Positions 1 to 12,570 of a DNA stretch of 64,000 nucleotides are shown in pieces. The translations under genes were made by a program, and so were the position numbers. The stretch lies in contig NC_058368.1 in NCBI RefSeq assembly GCF_018350175.1, forward strand, positions 217,002,001 to 217,066,000, written 5' to 3'. The DNA comes from Felis catus (lineage: Eukaryota). The notes beneath the pieces are model-generated. The model made no database searches, had not been told where the DNA came from, and saw only the letters and a program-made list of their open reading frames with translations. The stretch's first letter is position 1; every line of letters starts with the position of its first letter.

Positions 1-362
1 TTTTGGAGAAATTGATGTTTGCTTTTAGCCTGGATAGTGAATTTTAATGTTAGAGGAAGGTTAAATTTGAATACATAATGAAATACCAACTTAAATTTTT
101 AAGTAAGGAAGAAAATGTTGTACCTATCTTTCTGTGTCTTTCCCATGTAAGCAGGCTTAAAGATAAGCTATTATATTTCAAATTGCTGGCTTAAGGTATG
201 AAAATCAACTATTATGGAGGTTTCTACTTTAAATTCAAATAAGGTTTTAACTTTTTTTTTCTCCAAATTTTGTCTTTCTTTGAAAGCATATTGCCTGGTC
301 AACCCTAAAGACTGATTGATCTTAATATATCTGGGCTCCAGGATTTTTTAAGGCAGGGTGAT

Positions 363-363
363 T

Positions 364-402
<39 letters not shown>

Positions 403-404
403 TT
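363..404. repeat. (TTTA)n microsatellite
   Basis: About 10 perfect units. Confidence 0.95.
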
Positions 405-864
405 GTTACTTCATTTGCCATGAAGTTCAACATCAGCTTAATTTTCAATAACAATGTATGACTGTATGCATCCAAGTGTATTGTCTGAACTTTTTCTCAT
501 TTTTAAAAAAGCCACGAACCATGGTTGTGAATATACCTGAATATAATTATCTTTCTATTTTGAAACATTTTCATTGACGTGAAAATATAAAAACTAGGAT
601 GTCTATTCATCTGTCAAAAACTAGGTTGTCTGGGACGATCCTGATTTAGGTTTGTGATTTTTGAATAATGACTAATTGCATCCCATTTCACTTCTGGAAG
701 TGGCCTAATTTAGACAATTATTTGATCACTCCAAATAAAATGAATGAATATGTGCCATCCAGTCAGCTGAATGATATGCATGAGACATACCTTGGCCACT
801 ATCCAATCCCACCTTCCTTTCTTTTTTACATTAAAAAATATATATGGAAATTACAGACATACAA

Positions 865-1303
865 TGTTGTGGGTTGAAATGTGCCCCCTCTGAAACAGAA
901 TGGTGAAAGTTCCTTTATTTGTGAATGAGAGTTTTTTGGAAGTAACATCTTTGAGATGTAATCAAGTTAAGATGAAGTCATACTGGATGAAGCTAACCTG
1001 CATGCAATGACTGGTGTCCTTTTAAGGAGAGAGAGAGACACACATACAAAGTGAAGATGGCCATATAATGGTGAAGGCAGAAATCAGAGTGACCCAGATA
1101 CAAGCCAAGGAATGCCAAAGGTGGCCACCAATGACCACAAGCTACAAATAGGCAAATAAGCCTAGCACCTTTAGAAGGAGCATGGCCCTAACACCTTAAT
1201 TTCAGACTTGTGGCCATCAGTATTGTGAGAGAATAAATTTCTGTTATCTTAAGTCACCTAGTCTGTGATACTTTGTGTTACATCATCCCTAGTAAACTAA
1301 TAG
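865..1303 (+). mobile_element. MaLR LTR (MLT1C-like)
   Basis: TGTTGTGGGTTGAAATGTGCCCCC start; GCCAAGGAATGCCAAAG; GAGAGAATAAATTTCTGTT; ends AAACTAATA. Confidence 0.8.
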
Positions 1304-2078
1304 AATGGGTATGTCCATGAATGTCTTTATAGTTTATCATATGTACATGCTGATCACATAGAATATATATACACTACCATTTTCATAAATTAATGCTTTA
1401 TATAAATGGAATCGTGTTGTTTCTATTTTTCTGCTATTTGTTTCCTGAAATACTATGTTGATTTATTTTAGCTAAACTGTGAGATACTATCTCTTTTCAT
1501 AAATAAAAACATACACGTGTAAACTACAGGGCATATATCACTTCTGTTGTTCATGAATATTTATACTAGCAATTTATTGGTATTACAAATATATCTTACG
1601 CTTGTCTTTTTGTATATATGTGTGTACAAATGAGTAGGCAATGCAATTCTTCAAATTTATGTGGTATCCTAAACTGTTCCCCAAATTGGTTTAGTAATAT
1701 TTAACCCCATTCAGGAAGGCATAATAAATCATTTTGCTTCCTGTTACTGCCAAGTTTAGTATCAGAGCAACATTCCCGTGGTCAACATATCTTTCTCTTT
1801 TTGTTGTTTTGTTTTGATTGGTTGGTTGGATGGTTTTGCTGAACAGTTTTAAGTGAGGACTTCTGCTTCTTCCTTGTTTTAATTTGCAGTTCTCTGATAA
1901 CTAGTGAAGTTCATATATTGATATGTTCATTGGGATTTCAGAGATTTTGTCCTGTGGATTACATGATCATTACTTTGCCCCTGAATGCACCCCCCAAAAA
2001 AAGAAACAAAAGATAATCATGGTACCAGGGCTGGGAAAATTGCTGCATATGTATTCTGATTAAGAATGCTGGCACGTT

Positions 2079-2310
2079 GGCGTGCCTGGGTGGCTCAGTT
2101 GGTTGTACATCCAACTTCAGCTCAGGTTATGATCTCACAGTTCGTGGATTGAGTCCTGCATCGGGCTCTGTGCTGACAGCTCAGAACTTCAGATTGTGTC
2201 TCCCTCTCCTTCTGCGCCTCCCCCACTCATGCTCTCTCTCACTCTATCGCGCTCTCTCTCTCTCTCTCTCTCTCTCAAAAATAAACATCAAAAAAAAAAA
2301 AAGAAAAAAA
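2079..2310 (+). mobile_element. Can-SINE
   Basis: CCTGGGTGGCTCAG head, (CT)n, AATAAA, poly(A); TSD AGAAT(G/A)CTGGCA. Confidence 0.93.
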
Positions 2311-2371
2311 GAGAGAATACTGGCAAGTCTTTATTACTAAATTTGGTAGCACATTTAAATCCTAATGCCTT

Positions 2372-2558
2372 GGGGGAGTCTGACTTCATCTCAGGTCATA
2401 ATCTCTCGGTTTGTGAGTTCTAGCCCCGCATCGGGCTCTGTGCTGACAGCTCGGAGCCTGGAGCCTGCTTCGGATTCTGTGCCTCCCTCTCTCTCTGCCC
2501 AAACCCACTCACATTCTGTCTCTGTCTCTCTCAAAAATAAATAAACATTAAAAAAAAT
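2372..2558 (+). mobile_element. Can-SINE lacking the A-box segment
   Basis: GGGG start followed directly by GTCTGACTTCA; normal body and tail. Confidence 0.9.
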
Positions 2559-2885
2559 TTTTTTAATCTTAATGCCATTAAATTTTAATGTATTTTTTTC
2601 TTATTTTCATTTGAGAATCCTCAAACTCTCCCATATGGCTCAGCTGCCTTTCTTATATACCAAAAGGGTATGTTGTGAGCCTAGGTAGGATAATGAGCAA
2701 AAGCTAGCTGTGAAAATGTTCGAAAAAACCTGAGGATTATGTTAGTTATGTAGTTCAAATTAGCGGTTTGAAGCAATGATTGAAGTCACTTCGTATTTAT
2801 TTTGGAATATTTAAGTTGAATAGTTCCTCTAAGATTGCTAGAAATATTAGTAAACCTCGTTCTTCTTAATTAGCCTCTTTGTATC

Positions 2886-3098
2886 TTTTATTTTCAACGT
2901 TTATTTGTTTTTGAGACAGAGAGAGACAGAGCATGAACAGGGGAGGGGCAGAGAGAGAGGGAGACACAGAATCTGAAACAGTCTGCAGGCCCTGAGCGAT
3001 CAGCCCAGAGCCCGACTGGGGGCTCAAACTCATGGGCCGTGAGATCATGACCTGAGCCGAAGTCGGATGCTTAACCGACCAAGCCACCCAGACGCCCC
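2886..3098 (-). mobile_element. Can-SINE
   Basis: Antisense body ending GCCACCCAGACGCCCC; TSD TGTATCTTT. Confidence 0.93.
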
Positions 3099-6000
3099 AT
3101 GTATCTTTTAATGACTCACATACGTAACAATGGAAACACTGGTTTTGTCTTCCCACTAACCTTTACAATTGAAATGCATGAATTGTTCTTGTTACTCACA
3201 CTATATGTGTGTCATTTCCGTGATGATATACTGATGTGTCATTAAGACTGAGATGGAGAGTATACGGATTAGGTCCCATGAGACTGATGATCTCACTTGG
3301 CCAATTATCTGCAAATAAGTAAGCATTACCCCCCTCCCTTCTTTCAAAGTTTCTATGGCCTCTCATATACGACTTTTATAATGTAAAAACTAAAATAATA
3401 TATTTCAACACCCATCTAATTATGGTTGAAATTTAATATTTTAAACATAACTTAACTCGATATTGGACCTTAATAATACATAGGAATTATACGAATGCAG
3501 AATGTGCAAGGTGCATAAATCAGCCTCTCTTTATTAGGAGGCAAGATTGTTGCACATTCACGCATTAATTAGACTAGTGTATTTTAATTGTTTATCCTTA
3601 TTTATTTCAGTAATTCATGGTGTTCAGTACCCATTTTGTTTCCATTTCAAGATGTACTATTACAGTGCAAAAGAAACATCTGTCTAGAGAACACTGGGTG
3701 ATATGGATTCAAAAACTGGGACATATACTTCTTGATATGTGACATATTTTCTTTTCCACTCCCACCTTTCTGATTATGACTATGCCAGCGAAATGGCAGA
3801 AAAGAATCGATTATTTTTGTTATGGTGTTTTTAGACAAATCATAAATAACTTGTTATATATATAATAGTTCAAACACTTGTCAAAAGTGTAACACACAGA
3901 TTTCCTCAACTTCCAGTATTAGCATAATGTGCCAAAAATATTTCTATAAACATGAAATCTAATGATAACAAGCCCTCTTAGCATGAATTATGTGTAACAG
4001 TCATAATCAAGTGTCTGTCATAGAGATCACATCATGTTCATTCAGCACATGTTTATAAAATGTTTTAAGCCAAAATTTAATACTAGTAAAATGGCAATGG
4101 GCTTGAAGGAGATGGCGAATTACAAAGTGGACACAATTTTTGTATACCCAGACAGTTGAAGGCCATTAGGTATTCTCTATGGTACATATCCATATGCATA
4201 CGCATGTACAAGGTAAATCCTACTAATCCATGAAAGAAGGGACTGTAAGAAAGGCCCAGAGTCAAAATAATAATGAAACTATTTAGAAAGGGAGGCTCAG
4301 TAAAGCGGCTGTACATATAATGGGCAAATAAATAACATTTAAATTTTACTTGTATAGGTACATATGTTAACATTACTTACTGTAGAGCAGTCTGGTCATA
4401 TTTTATGAAATTTTTACATATATCATTGCAGAATTTGTTTTTCGTAACTATGCTTGCAAGTAGAGTTTTATATCCCCTTTTGCTAGCTAATCAAACTTAG
4501 ACACTACGTGGTACTAAGAGACAAAGCGGAGACCAGAACCCTGATGTCACATTGCAAAGTTGTTTTGCATTCTATTGCTGCAAGCTTTGAGATAGGTATA
4601 TGTACGTGTATATTTATATAATATTTAATAGCTAATTAAATTAATTATATGTATCTGTGTATATGTACATATGTATATCTAATTAATTATATGTATCTGT
4701 GTATGCGTACATATGTAATAAATGAAATCCTAAGTGTTTCTATGTGAGTGGTGAGTTTGGAACATTCCAGTAGAGATCTGATATTTGTATGTTAGAAGAG
4801 AGAGCATCAAAATGCTGCCCTGGCATTATCTGGATTGATTATGATATTTACACTGAAGGTCAGTTGCAAGTGACTTATGAAAATAGACTGCATGACAAAC
4901 AATAATAACAAAAAACAGTGTCCAAATGAGATCATTCTTTCTTGAGAAGCGAACAATAAATATTAAATAGGTGTGTTCATCGATACACCTAAGAGACATA
5001 TTAGATAATCTTTAAAGCCCTAGGTTCTTCTGTAAAATGATTTTGCTTTTTGCCTACATATATGCTTGCAAATATACATGCTTCACATTTCCAAGAACAC
5101 TCTCACTTAGCTACTATCTACTTGGTATGCCTTATTAACATTTTATTTCACTCTCAAAAGAAACCTGGTTTAGATAATAATTTATAGAGTTCCCCTACAA
5201 ATCTAAAATATAGTCAAAACACTTTCGCCTTTAGTCATTTTTTATACCAATCAAAAAGGAACATTTAGTATCTTTTGCCTGCAATGTTGAAAGCGGTATA
5301 TTAATTCTGAAATTTCACTAAAAAAGTAAAGCTTTCATTTATGACATATGATCGGAAATTGTTCTAAGACTGAATACTTTCAAGTACATTTTAAGGCTGG
5401 TAAACAACAACAACATAAATTAAAGTCAAAAGAAATTTAGAGAAATCAGATGACATATCTGATTAATATTTTCAAATCTGTCATTTATATAAAAGGTAAA
5501 AATGGATCAATGCTTGGGAAATACTTCAGTAACATGGAGATTTAATATTTCAGAAATAAAACAGAGTTTGGAAGAGATCAAGTGACATCATAGTCAGTCA
5601 TACCAGAATCAAGATTAGAAGTTAATTAGCATGACCTTGCCAATTTACTTTTACTATAGCACCCAGCCTCTAATCATTAATTATTAGAGTAAATGAGCCA
5701 TAGCTATGTGCATTATTTTAGGGTATAAAAGGTACGGGTCATAAGAAATTCATCATAATTAAAATCAAAGTTTAAATAAAAGAATCAAAGTTTAATATAA
5801 ATGTGTATTTAAAAATGCAGGTTATAAATATATAAATATATATTATATTTTTTCCTGCATAAACATTTTCACTTTCCTCTTGTATATAATATGGTAACCT
5901 ATAGCCTGCAATTGGAATGCAATACAAATTAGGCATTTTTCTTCCAGAACGTAATTATTTCTAAACACTATTCGTTCTTAGGAAGCCATATAATTTTGGT

Positions 6001-6619
6001 ATGTGTTTTAATTTAAGTTACTCCCAGTCTGCTTCTCTTCTAATTATTTTAAAATGCTGCATTGAGATTAATTTCAGTGGTACTAATGTATATAATTTAA
6101 GTGAAAACATGAAATCAAATTACCACAGGCTTATGCAATATTTAAGAAAAGCAGCTTAAATTGAGGAAAAGTGGAATTAGGTATTGCATATTATTGAAAC
6201 GTACAAATTCATTCTTTCCTGCTGTGTTAAGTAAAGGGATTGGCATGAAATCTTTAGTTCTGAATTAAAGTGTCAGGGGGTTTTACATGAGCAGCAACAT
6301 GAGTGAGCGAGGAAGGATTATCAAAGGAAAGAAACAATAGTTGGTCTTTAGAGAGCTTTGAATAAGGTTTAGTAACCACACTCCAATTGTTCCTTTTCCT
6401 TTTTGCAATATAATGTTTTACTGCTTGATATTTTATTTTGTAATAGTTCTATTTACCTATTTCTCCTTGTAAAGTATAGGAAATAGTATACCTTTTCTTC
6501 TATGTATATAATTGTGCTAATTTGATTTAGTGCAATGATTTTCTTTGGACTCATTTGAAACAATCTTTGAATAATAGCCAGTGTTGAGAAAAAGAGGGTT
6601 TTAAAATAATAACAAAGCC

Positions 6620-6790
6620 AGAACAGGTAAGCCCAGAGGGACAGAAAGTAGATTAGTAGGCTGCCAGGAGTTGGAGAAAGGAGACAAGAGAAAGTAGTTG
6701 CTATTGAGTACAGGATTTCTTTTCGGGATGATGAAAATGTTCTAAATTAGATTGTGGAGATGTGTGCAAAACTCTGAATATATTAAAATG
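6620..6790 (+). mobile_element. Old L1 (L1MB/MC-like) 3'UTR fragment
   Basis: GACAGAAAGTAGATTAGT...GATGATGAAAATGTTCTAAATTAGATTGTGG. Confidence 0.65.
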
Positions 6791-6798
6791 ACTTAATT

Positions 6799-6986
6799 GG
6801 GACACCTGGGTGGCTCAGTTGGTTCAACATCCTACTCTTGGTTTTGGCTCAGGTCATTATCTCACCATTCAAGTTCGAGCCCTGCATCGGGCTCTGCGCT
6901 GTCAGCACTGGTCTCTTGGGGTTTCTCTCTCCCTTTCTCTCTGTCCCTTCACCCCCTTCTTTCTCTCTCTCAAAATAAATAAATCA
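6799..6986 (+). mobile_element. Can-SINE
   Basis: tRNA-derived head, CT tract, tail; TSD TAAAATGACTTAATT. Confidence 0.92.
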
Positions 6987-9532
6987 ACTTTTAAAATGAC
7001 TTAATTAAGAGCAGTTGTACATATTTTAAGACTATATACTACAATAATATTTGCCTATTTATATGGTAAAATCATCAAAAAGGTTTCAAATGCTTATACC
7101 TTTTAAGCCAATAAATCCTTCTCTCAAACTATACTCCAAAAACATAAATAAGGAAACAAAAATTTAGCTATAACTTTAGACTTATATTGAAGCCATACAA
7201 GTATTTGTACCACTGGTGTCTATGATGAAAATGTCCAATAATAAATAACAATAATAGTAAGGGTAACAAGTATTATCTTTCAACTTTCACAAACATGACA
7301 CATTTAAGGTTAGACCCTATATACCAGTGCTGCACATAACTTTTCTTGATATTTCACTCTATATATTGCTGTGAGCTTATAGGAGAATGTACAAAATTGA
7401 ATAGTAGTTGCACAAAGTTCTATATTAAATGATATCCATTGAAGAGAGGGTCCAATATGCCTACTTTGATAAATGTGTATTTAATACATGTCCTAGTAAG
7501 TATTACATTGGATGAAATTTGAAGATTACTGTTAGCGTAAAATGTAAATGAAAAGGTTGCAAGTTAAGCTCTGGGGCCCAGTCTATATTTAAGCTTCTAT
7601 ACCTTCTGGAGAATAATTAATTTTCCCATCTGCCCCCTGACCTGGGATACTCTTGAGAAGGAGAGATGGTGGAGGCACCTTCAATTCTATGGGACGTGTA
7701 TGGTCTTGTCTGCATTTAGAAGTTCTGAAGTGTGTTTAGCCCCTAAACAAGTGATATGGTAGTTTCTGTGTCTATCCTTGAGGTCCGTTCTAGCCTGGGA
7801 GTCCTAAGAGAAGGCTTCAGAACTTGAGGAGGACGTTTAGTCTGGAAGATCATATTTTTCAGCCTGAGGGTGAGGAGAGCTAATTTGCCCATGACAGTCT
7901 TATTTTAGGAAGCGATAGATAAATTACTTATTAACACTCAGTAGTTATTTTAGCCTCTTCCTTTGCTATCACCTATCAGGTGCAAATGAAAGAAATATGT
8001 TCATCCTGTCAAGGGCTATCCTCTTGCCACTTTGAAAGCAGTTCATCTTCTCTGAGGCTTTTGTGTTTTCCGCTAAAATTAATCTAGTTACACCTTTGGT
8101 AGTCTGTGTTAATAGTCAGATATTTTTGGTGTACTATCCATCTTGCATCAGTTAAGACTCCTTATGCAAGTCACTTCCCTCCTTCCTCTTGGAAACAACT
8201 CTACAGTTTATTATTGACTGGGTCCTCCTAAGGCCTTCCTCAGAGTCTGGGAGCCTTTGGTGGGTGTAGTACCTTCGGAGACACACAAGATTTGACTCTT
8301 CTCCAGAGTCGTATTAAGTGTTCATCAAAATCTATAGTTTTAAAACTAACCGGTAAATTCAGGGAGGCATATATGGGAGTGTTTAAAAAAAAAGTGGGAG
8401 ATACAAAATTGGGTTTCCACGAATCTTATATAGAATATCTCAATCTACTCTAGGAAAATGTTATAATCGTTTGTCTTCTTTTTGTCACCAGTGAGAATTT
8501 ATGGAAGTTATCCTTTTTTTGGTGACGGCAATGATAGGCAGAGGATTGTACTCACTAACCAAGAAATAACCTATTTATGAGACCAAATGCTTGCTCACAA
8601 ACCATCAGCTTCTTATGGCACAAGAGTCTAAGTGGACTGTACAAATATTACTTCATCAATACATTTTTTGTGTATATTTGAATTAACTAAGCATTTGGTT
8701 ACATGCTGCAGTAGGCTGGCTGGCTGTGAAATGTGTACAAGATCCTCCTCACTATCTAGGAACTCTATCTCAGACCTACTTTGCTAAAATCTAAGGCATA
8801 GTCTGAATTTGGGGGGACCCAGTAAGTTACCTTGGTCCACAATTTGGATCTGATGTCCAAGATGAATCCAGAAGATTCACAGTATGTTAAATACTTCATT
8901 GTGCAAGAAATCTGCAATTGGGAATAAAGTCACTTTTCATTTAGCATTACATGACATATCATTTGAATATTTCTCATGCTTCTTAAAGTAGGTATTTGTG
9001 TATGTACTAAACACAGTTGGGGTATTGTGGGTTAATCTCTCATAACAGATTTATAATAGAAAAATTATAAAAAGTAACTTTGAGAAATATGGGACGGGGG
9101 GGGGGGGTGGAGAATAATCTGACCAGGGTTCAAAGTAGTAGAGGGTTATTTGCTATCTGTGACCTCCTGGTTGCAAATTTTCAAATCCTGAGGTAACAGA
9201 AGAATGCTATGTTTTCAAGGTCAAGAAGACTATGCTGGTATTTTCAACTGCTTGTAAGTCATACATGTATTTTTAGTGTTGCCTTTGTATGTGACTTTAC
9301 TTTCAAAATAGTGATTCAACTAATACTTTTTAAAAAACCAACATGTTATATAAATTTAAAAAATTATATAATCACCAAAAGTTTCATCTAAACTTTCTTA
9401 TCCACATTAAAGTTCCTGCCAAAATTTGCATTTTAAGTAGGTACTGTTGATAACGTATATTTCTCATTCACTGAATTTCACATCTTGGACTACATAAAAC
9501 TTGGCCTTTAAATATTAACCCCCAAACTAAAA

Positions 9533-9640
9533 GAAAACAATAAATATTAAATAAAACAATAAATATTAAATTAAACAATAAATATTAAAAATATTTTTAA
9601 AATATTAATATTAAAAAATTAAACAATAAATATTAAAAAA
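9533..9640. repeat. AT-rich ~19-bp minisatellite (AAACAATAAATATTAAA core)
   Basis: Core occurs four times. Confidence 0.8.
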
Positions 9641-9959
9641 ATATCGTGAGAAACAGAAAAGTAAAGTGTTTGTCTCACATGCTCATTAAATATAGATTTT
9701 CTGTAGCCTGTCACTCTTTTCTTTGATGTCAATGACTATGAAATCATATTGATCTTGATAAACACAAACTAATATCAGCACCGTTCATATTCATGCTCAA
9801 TGTAAATTTATAGCTGTAATGTCTATTGCTTTATTGTGTATGACATTAGGCATCAGGCAAACTATATGACTTTCCTTATTTTCTTTCTGCCTATGTTTAT
9901 GTATTTCTCTCTACTGGTAAATTCTATCTCTCAGACATGGTAGCGAGCTGGTCTGAAAT

Positions 9960-10170
9960 CCTATTGATCTGAGTTTTGATTTCACTTTTTCCATTTAGTC
10001 CACATATGACTTGGGGAAGTTATGTAATCTCCCAAAGACTAGATTCCTGATGTATAAAATGAGGGTAATACTAATCTTAAACCATGCCCTACCTTGGGAA
10101 TAGTAAGAAAGTAAAATATAAAATACTTGGCATATAATAAGGGCTCAGTAAATTTTATCTGTTATTATTT
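9960..10170 (+). mobile_element. MIR relic
   Basis: TGACTTGGGGAAGTTATGTAATCTC...TGTATAAAATGAGGGTAATA core. Confidence 0.6.
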
Positions 10171-10295
10171 TTTTCTCCTCAAATTCTAGCTAAATATTTC
10201 CATCAATTCTTATTAGATACCCTTAGATGAGTGCATATTTTATCTCCTTAGATGTATAAAGTAAATTATATATATATATATACATATATATGTAT

Positions 10296-10507
10296 TTAAT
10301 TTTTTTAACATTTATTCACCTTTGAGACAGAGAGAGCCAGAGCACAAACGGGAGAGGGTCAGAGAGAGAGGTAGACACAGAATCCAAAGCAGGCTCCAGG
10401 CTCCGAGCTGTCAGCACAGAGCCCGACGTGGGGCTCGAACCCACGGACTGAGATCATGACCTGAGCCGAAGTTCGACGCTCAACCGACTGAGCCACCCAA
10501 GCGCCCC
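10296..10507 (-). mobile_element. Can-SINE
   Basis: Antisense consensus-like body, CpG-rich. Confidence 0.93.
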
Positions 10508-11393
10508 AAAAGTAGATTATATTTTTAAAAATAATTTATTTTTACCTGCCATCAGAAGTACCTAATTTATTGCTAATATACAACTATTTTATATAGTTGA
10601 TATATTTTTTCTTATATTCAAATAATGTAGTCATCAATAACATTCTCAGGCGAATGAAAAGTATTCAGAACAAATTAAATAACAAATATTCTATTCATTT
10701 AAGACTACAACTTTCAGAAAATGAGAGACTAAGAAAAGGATGTTTACTCAAGAGTGAAAGGTGGGACTTCTAAAGTCATCCAAATAGGATCCAGTGGTGG
10801 CCAGTGTTCAGGTTATCTGTCTAGGTAGTCGTCAGTGATGAGTTATTGATAAACCTAGAATGTCAATGCCAAAGCCTTAGGGTCAGGATCCTTGCCTTTC
10901 AAGGAATACATTGAGAAGATTGCAATTGATGTCAAGATTTACAAAGTGAACCTAACCATGTTTGCTTTTCAAGGGAACCAAATAATACCAGGAGCTGGTA
11001 CAAAGCCATAGTGATTGTGAACAAATTAAATCAATAACTAAAGAGAAGAAAACAGGAAAATTAAGCAAACAGAATGGAGTCTGGATCAGCAACCTTCAAG
11101 TTATTTTTTTTCCTTGAAACCATAAATGATTTTTTATATTCAATGCATTTTCAAGTTGACCCATGAAATTTTTATCATTGATGTAAGAGTAGCAAAGGAT
11201 GTATTTCCCACAATATTTTAAATTGTTTTAATTTTACATCATTTCTAAATGTATTGAATGTAATAATTTCAAGTCTGCAATCACCTTTTGAAAGAATAAA
11301 GAAGCTCTCCTTTAACAGTCATATGTTTTGCAATATATTGGTCTCTAACTTTGATTTCAATCTCACTTCTACAATGAATTTTTACAATAAATA

Positions 11394-11555
11394 TTTTTTT
11401 TAATTTTTTTTCAACGTTTTTTTATTTATTTTTGGGACAGAGAGAGACAGAGCATGAACGGGGGAGGGGCAGAGAGAGAGGGAGACACAGAATCGGAAAC
11501 AGGCTCCAGGCTCTGAGCCATCAGCCCAGAGCCTGACGCGGGGCTCGAACTCACG
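11394..11555 (-). mobile_element. Young Can-SINE, 5'-truncated
   Basis: Near-identical to the copy at 39087-39307 but stops at CTCGAACTCACG. Confidence 0.93.
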
Positions 11556-12086
11556 AGCTTTTATGTTTATCATAAAAGTAAATTTTATTAGAATTGCAGT
11601 TAATTAAGATGTATGGCAGGATTATAAAAGCTTGTATAAGGATAATATAATTATCTCCTTGCTTAACGGTCCTGAGATTTTTAGAGTATAGGGTAATGCA
11701 CCTGACTGAAATGCAAAAAATGTGCTTGTACCTGTGAAAATGACAGAAGCATAATTGTGCAAGAGGCAGTTCGAATAGGTAATGTAGCTGTCAAGCAGGT
11801 CACACTAGGAAAAAGTACATATGGAGGTAAAGGATCTGGGAGAATATTACTTTAAAACAACCTGTGCATGAGTTTTTGAAATGCTTTTCCGTGATGCCAG
11901 AGGTACATGTGTCATAGGATAAAGACCACCGTTTTATATGATCTATGTGATCTTTACCATCTCCGGTTCATTTGTGTGGTCATGCCAATTCACATTAGAG
12001 AAACACATGGCCATGGAATGGGAACTCCAAGAACACAAATGCTACTGTATTGATTAGAATGTTGTAGGCAGGGAAATAAATTAGCA

Positions 12087-12570
12087 TGTAATGCCCGAGG
12101 TCGCGAAACCCCCCACAAGAGACCACCAGAGTCGTAAGTCAAAGCCAAGCGGCAAGGGTCGTTTATTGCAGGTTCGAACCTGGACCTCCGCGCACTCATT
12201 GCAGGTGACGCTAAGAGGCCCCGATCAGGGTTGGTACAGCGTTTTTATAGACAGAGACAAATAGCATAGGGGAGGTTTCAGATTATGAGGGGCCTGATTA
12301 GTTGATTTTAAAGTAAGGACATTCGTTGTTCTCTGATTGGGCGTCCTTTGTCTGTCCTTTGGCGGGAAGGTTTTGTCCGTTACTTGTGGCGGGAGAAACA
12401 GGGGGAAGGGGAGGAATGTGTTAAGCAAGCAAGATTACAGAAGCGAGAAAATGCTGGTTAGTAAGTATTTTTATAATCTTAGGGTATAGCAAACTAAGTC
12501 TAGAAAAATTTAACGGTGCTCACATCGAACAATAGGCAAGACATACAAAATTTTAAATCCATTCTCTACA
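12087..12570 (-). mobile_element. Young ERV1 (gammaretrovirus-like) solo LTR
   Basis: TGTA...TACA termini; 4-bp TSD AGCA at 12083-12086 and 12571-12574; on the minus strand CCAAT (12336-12340), CTATAAAAA (12242-12250) and AATAAA (12162-12167) in U3-R order; many CpGs retained. Confidence 0.92.
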
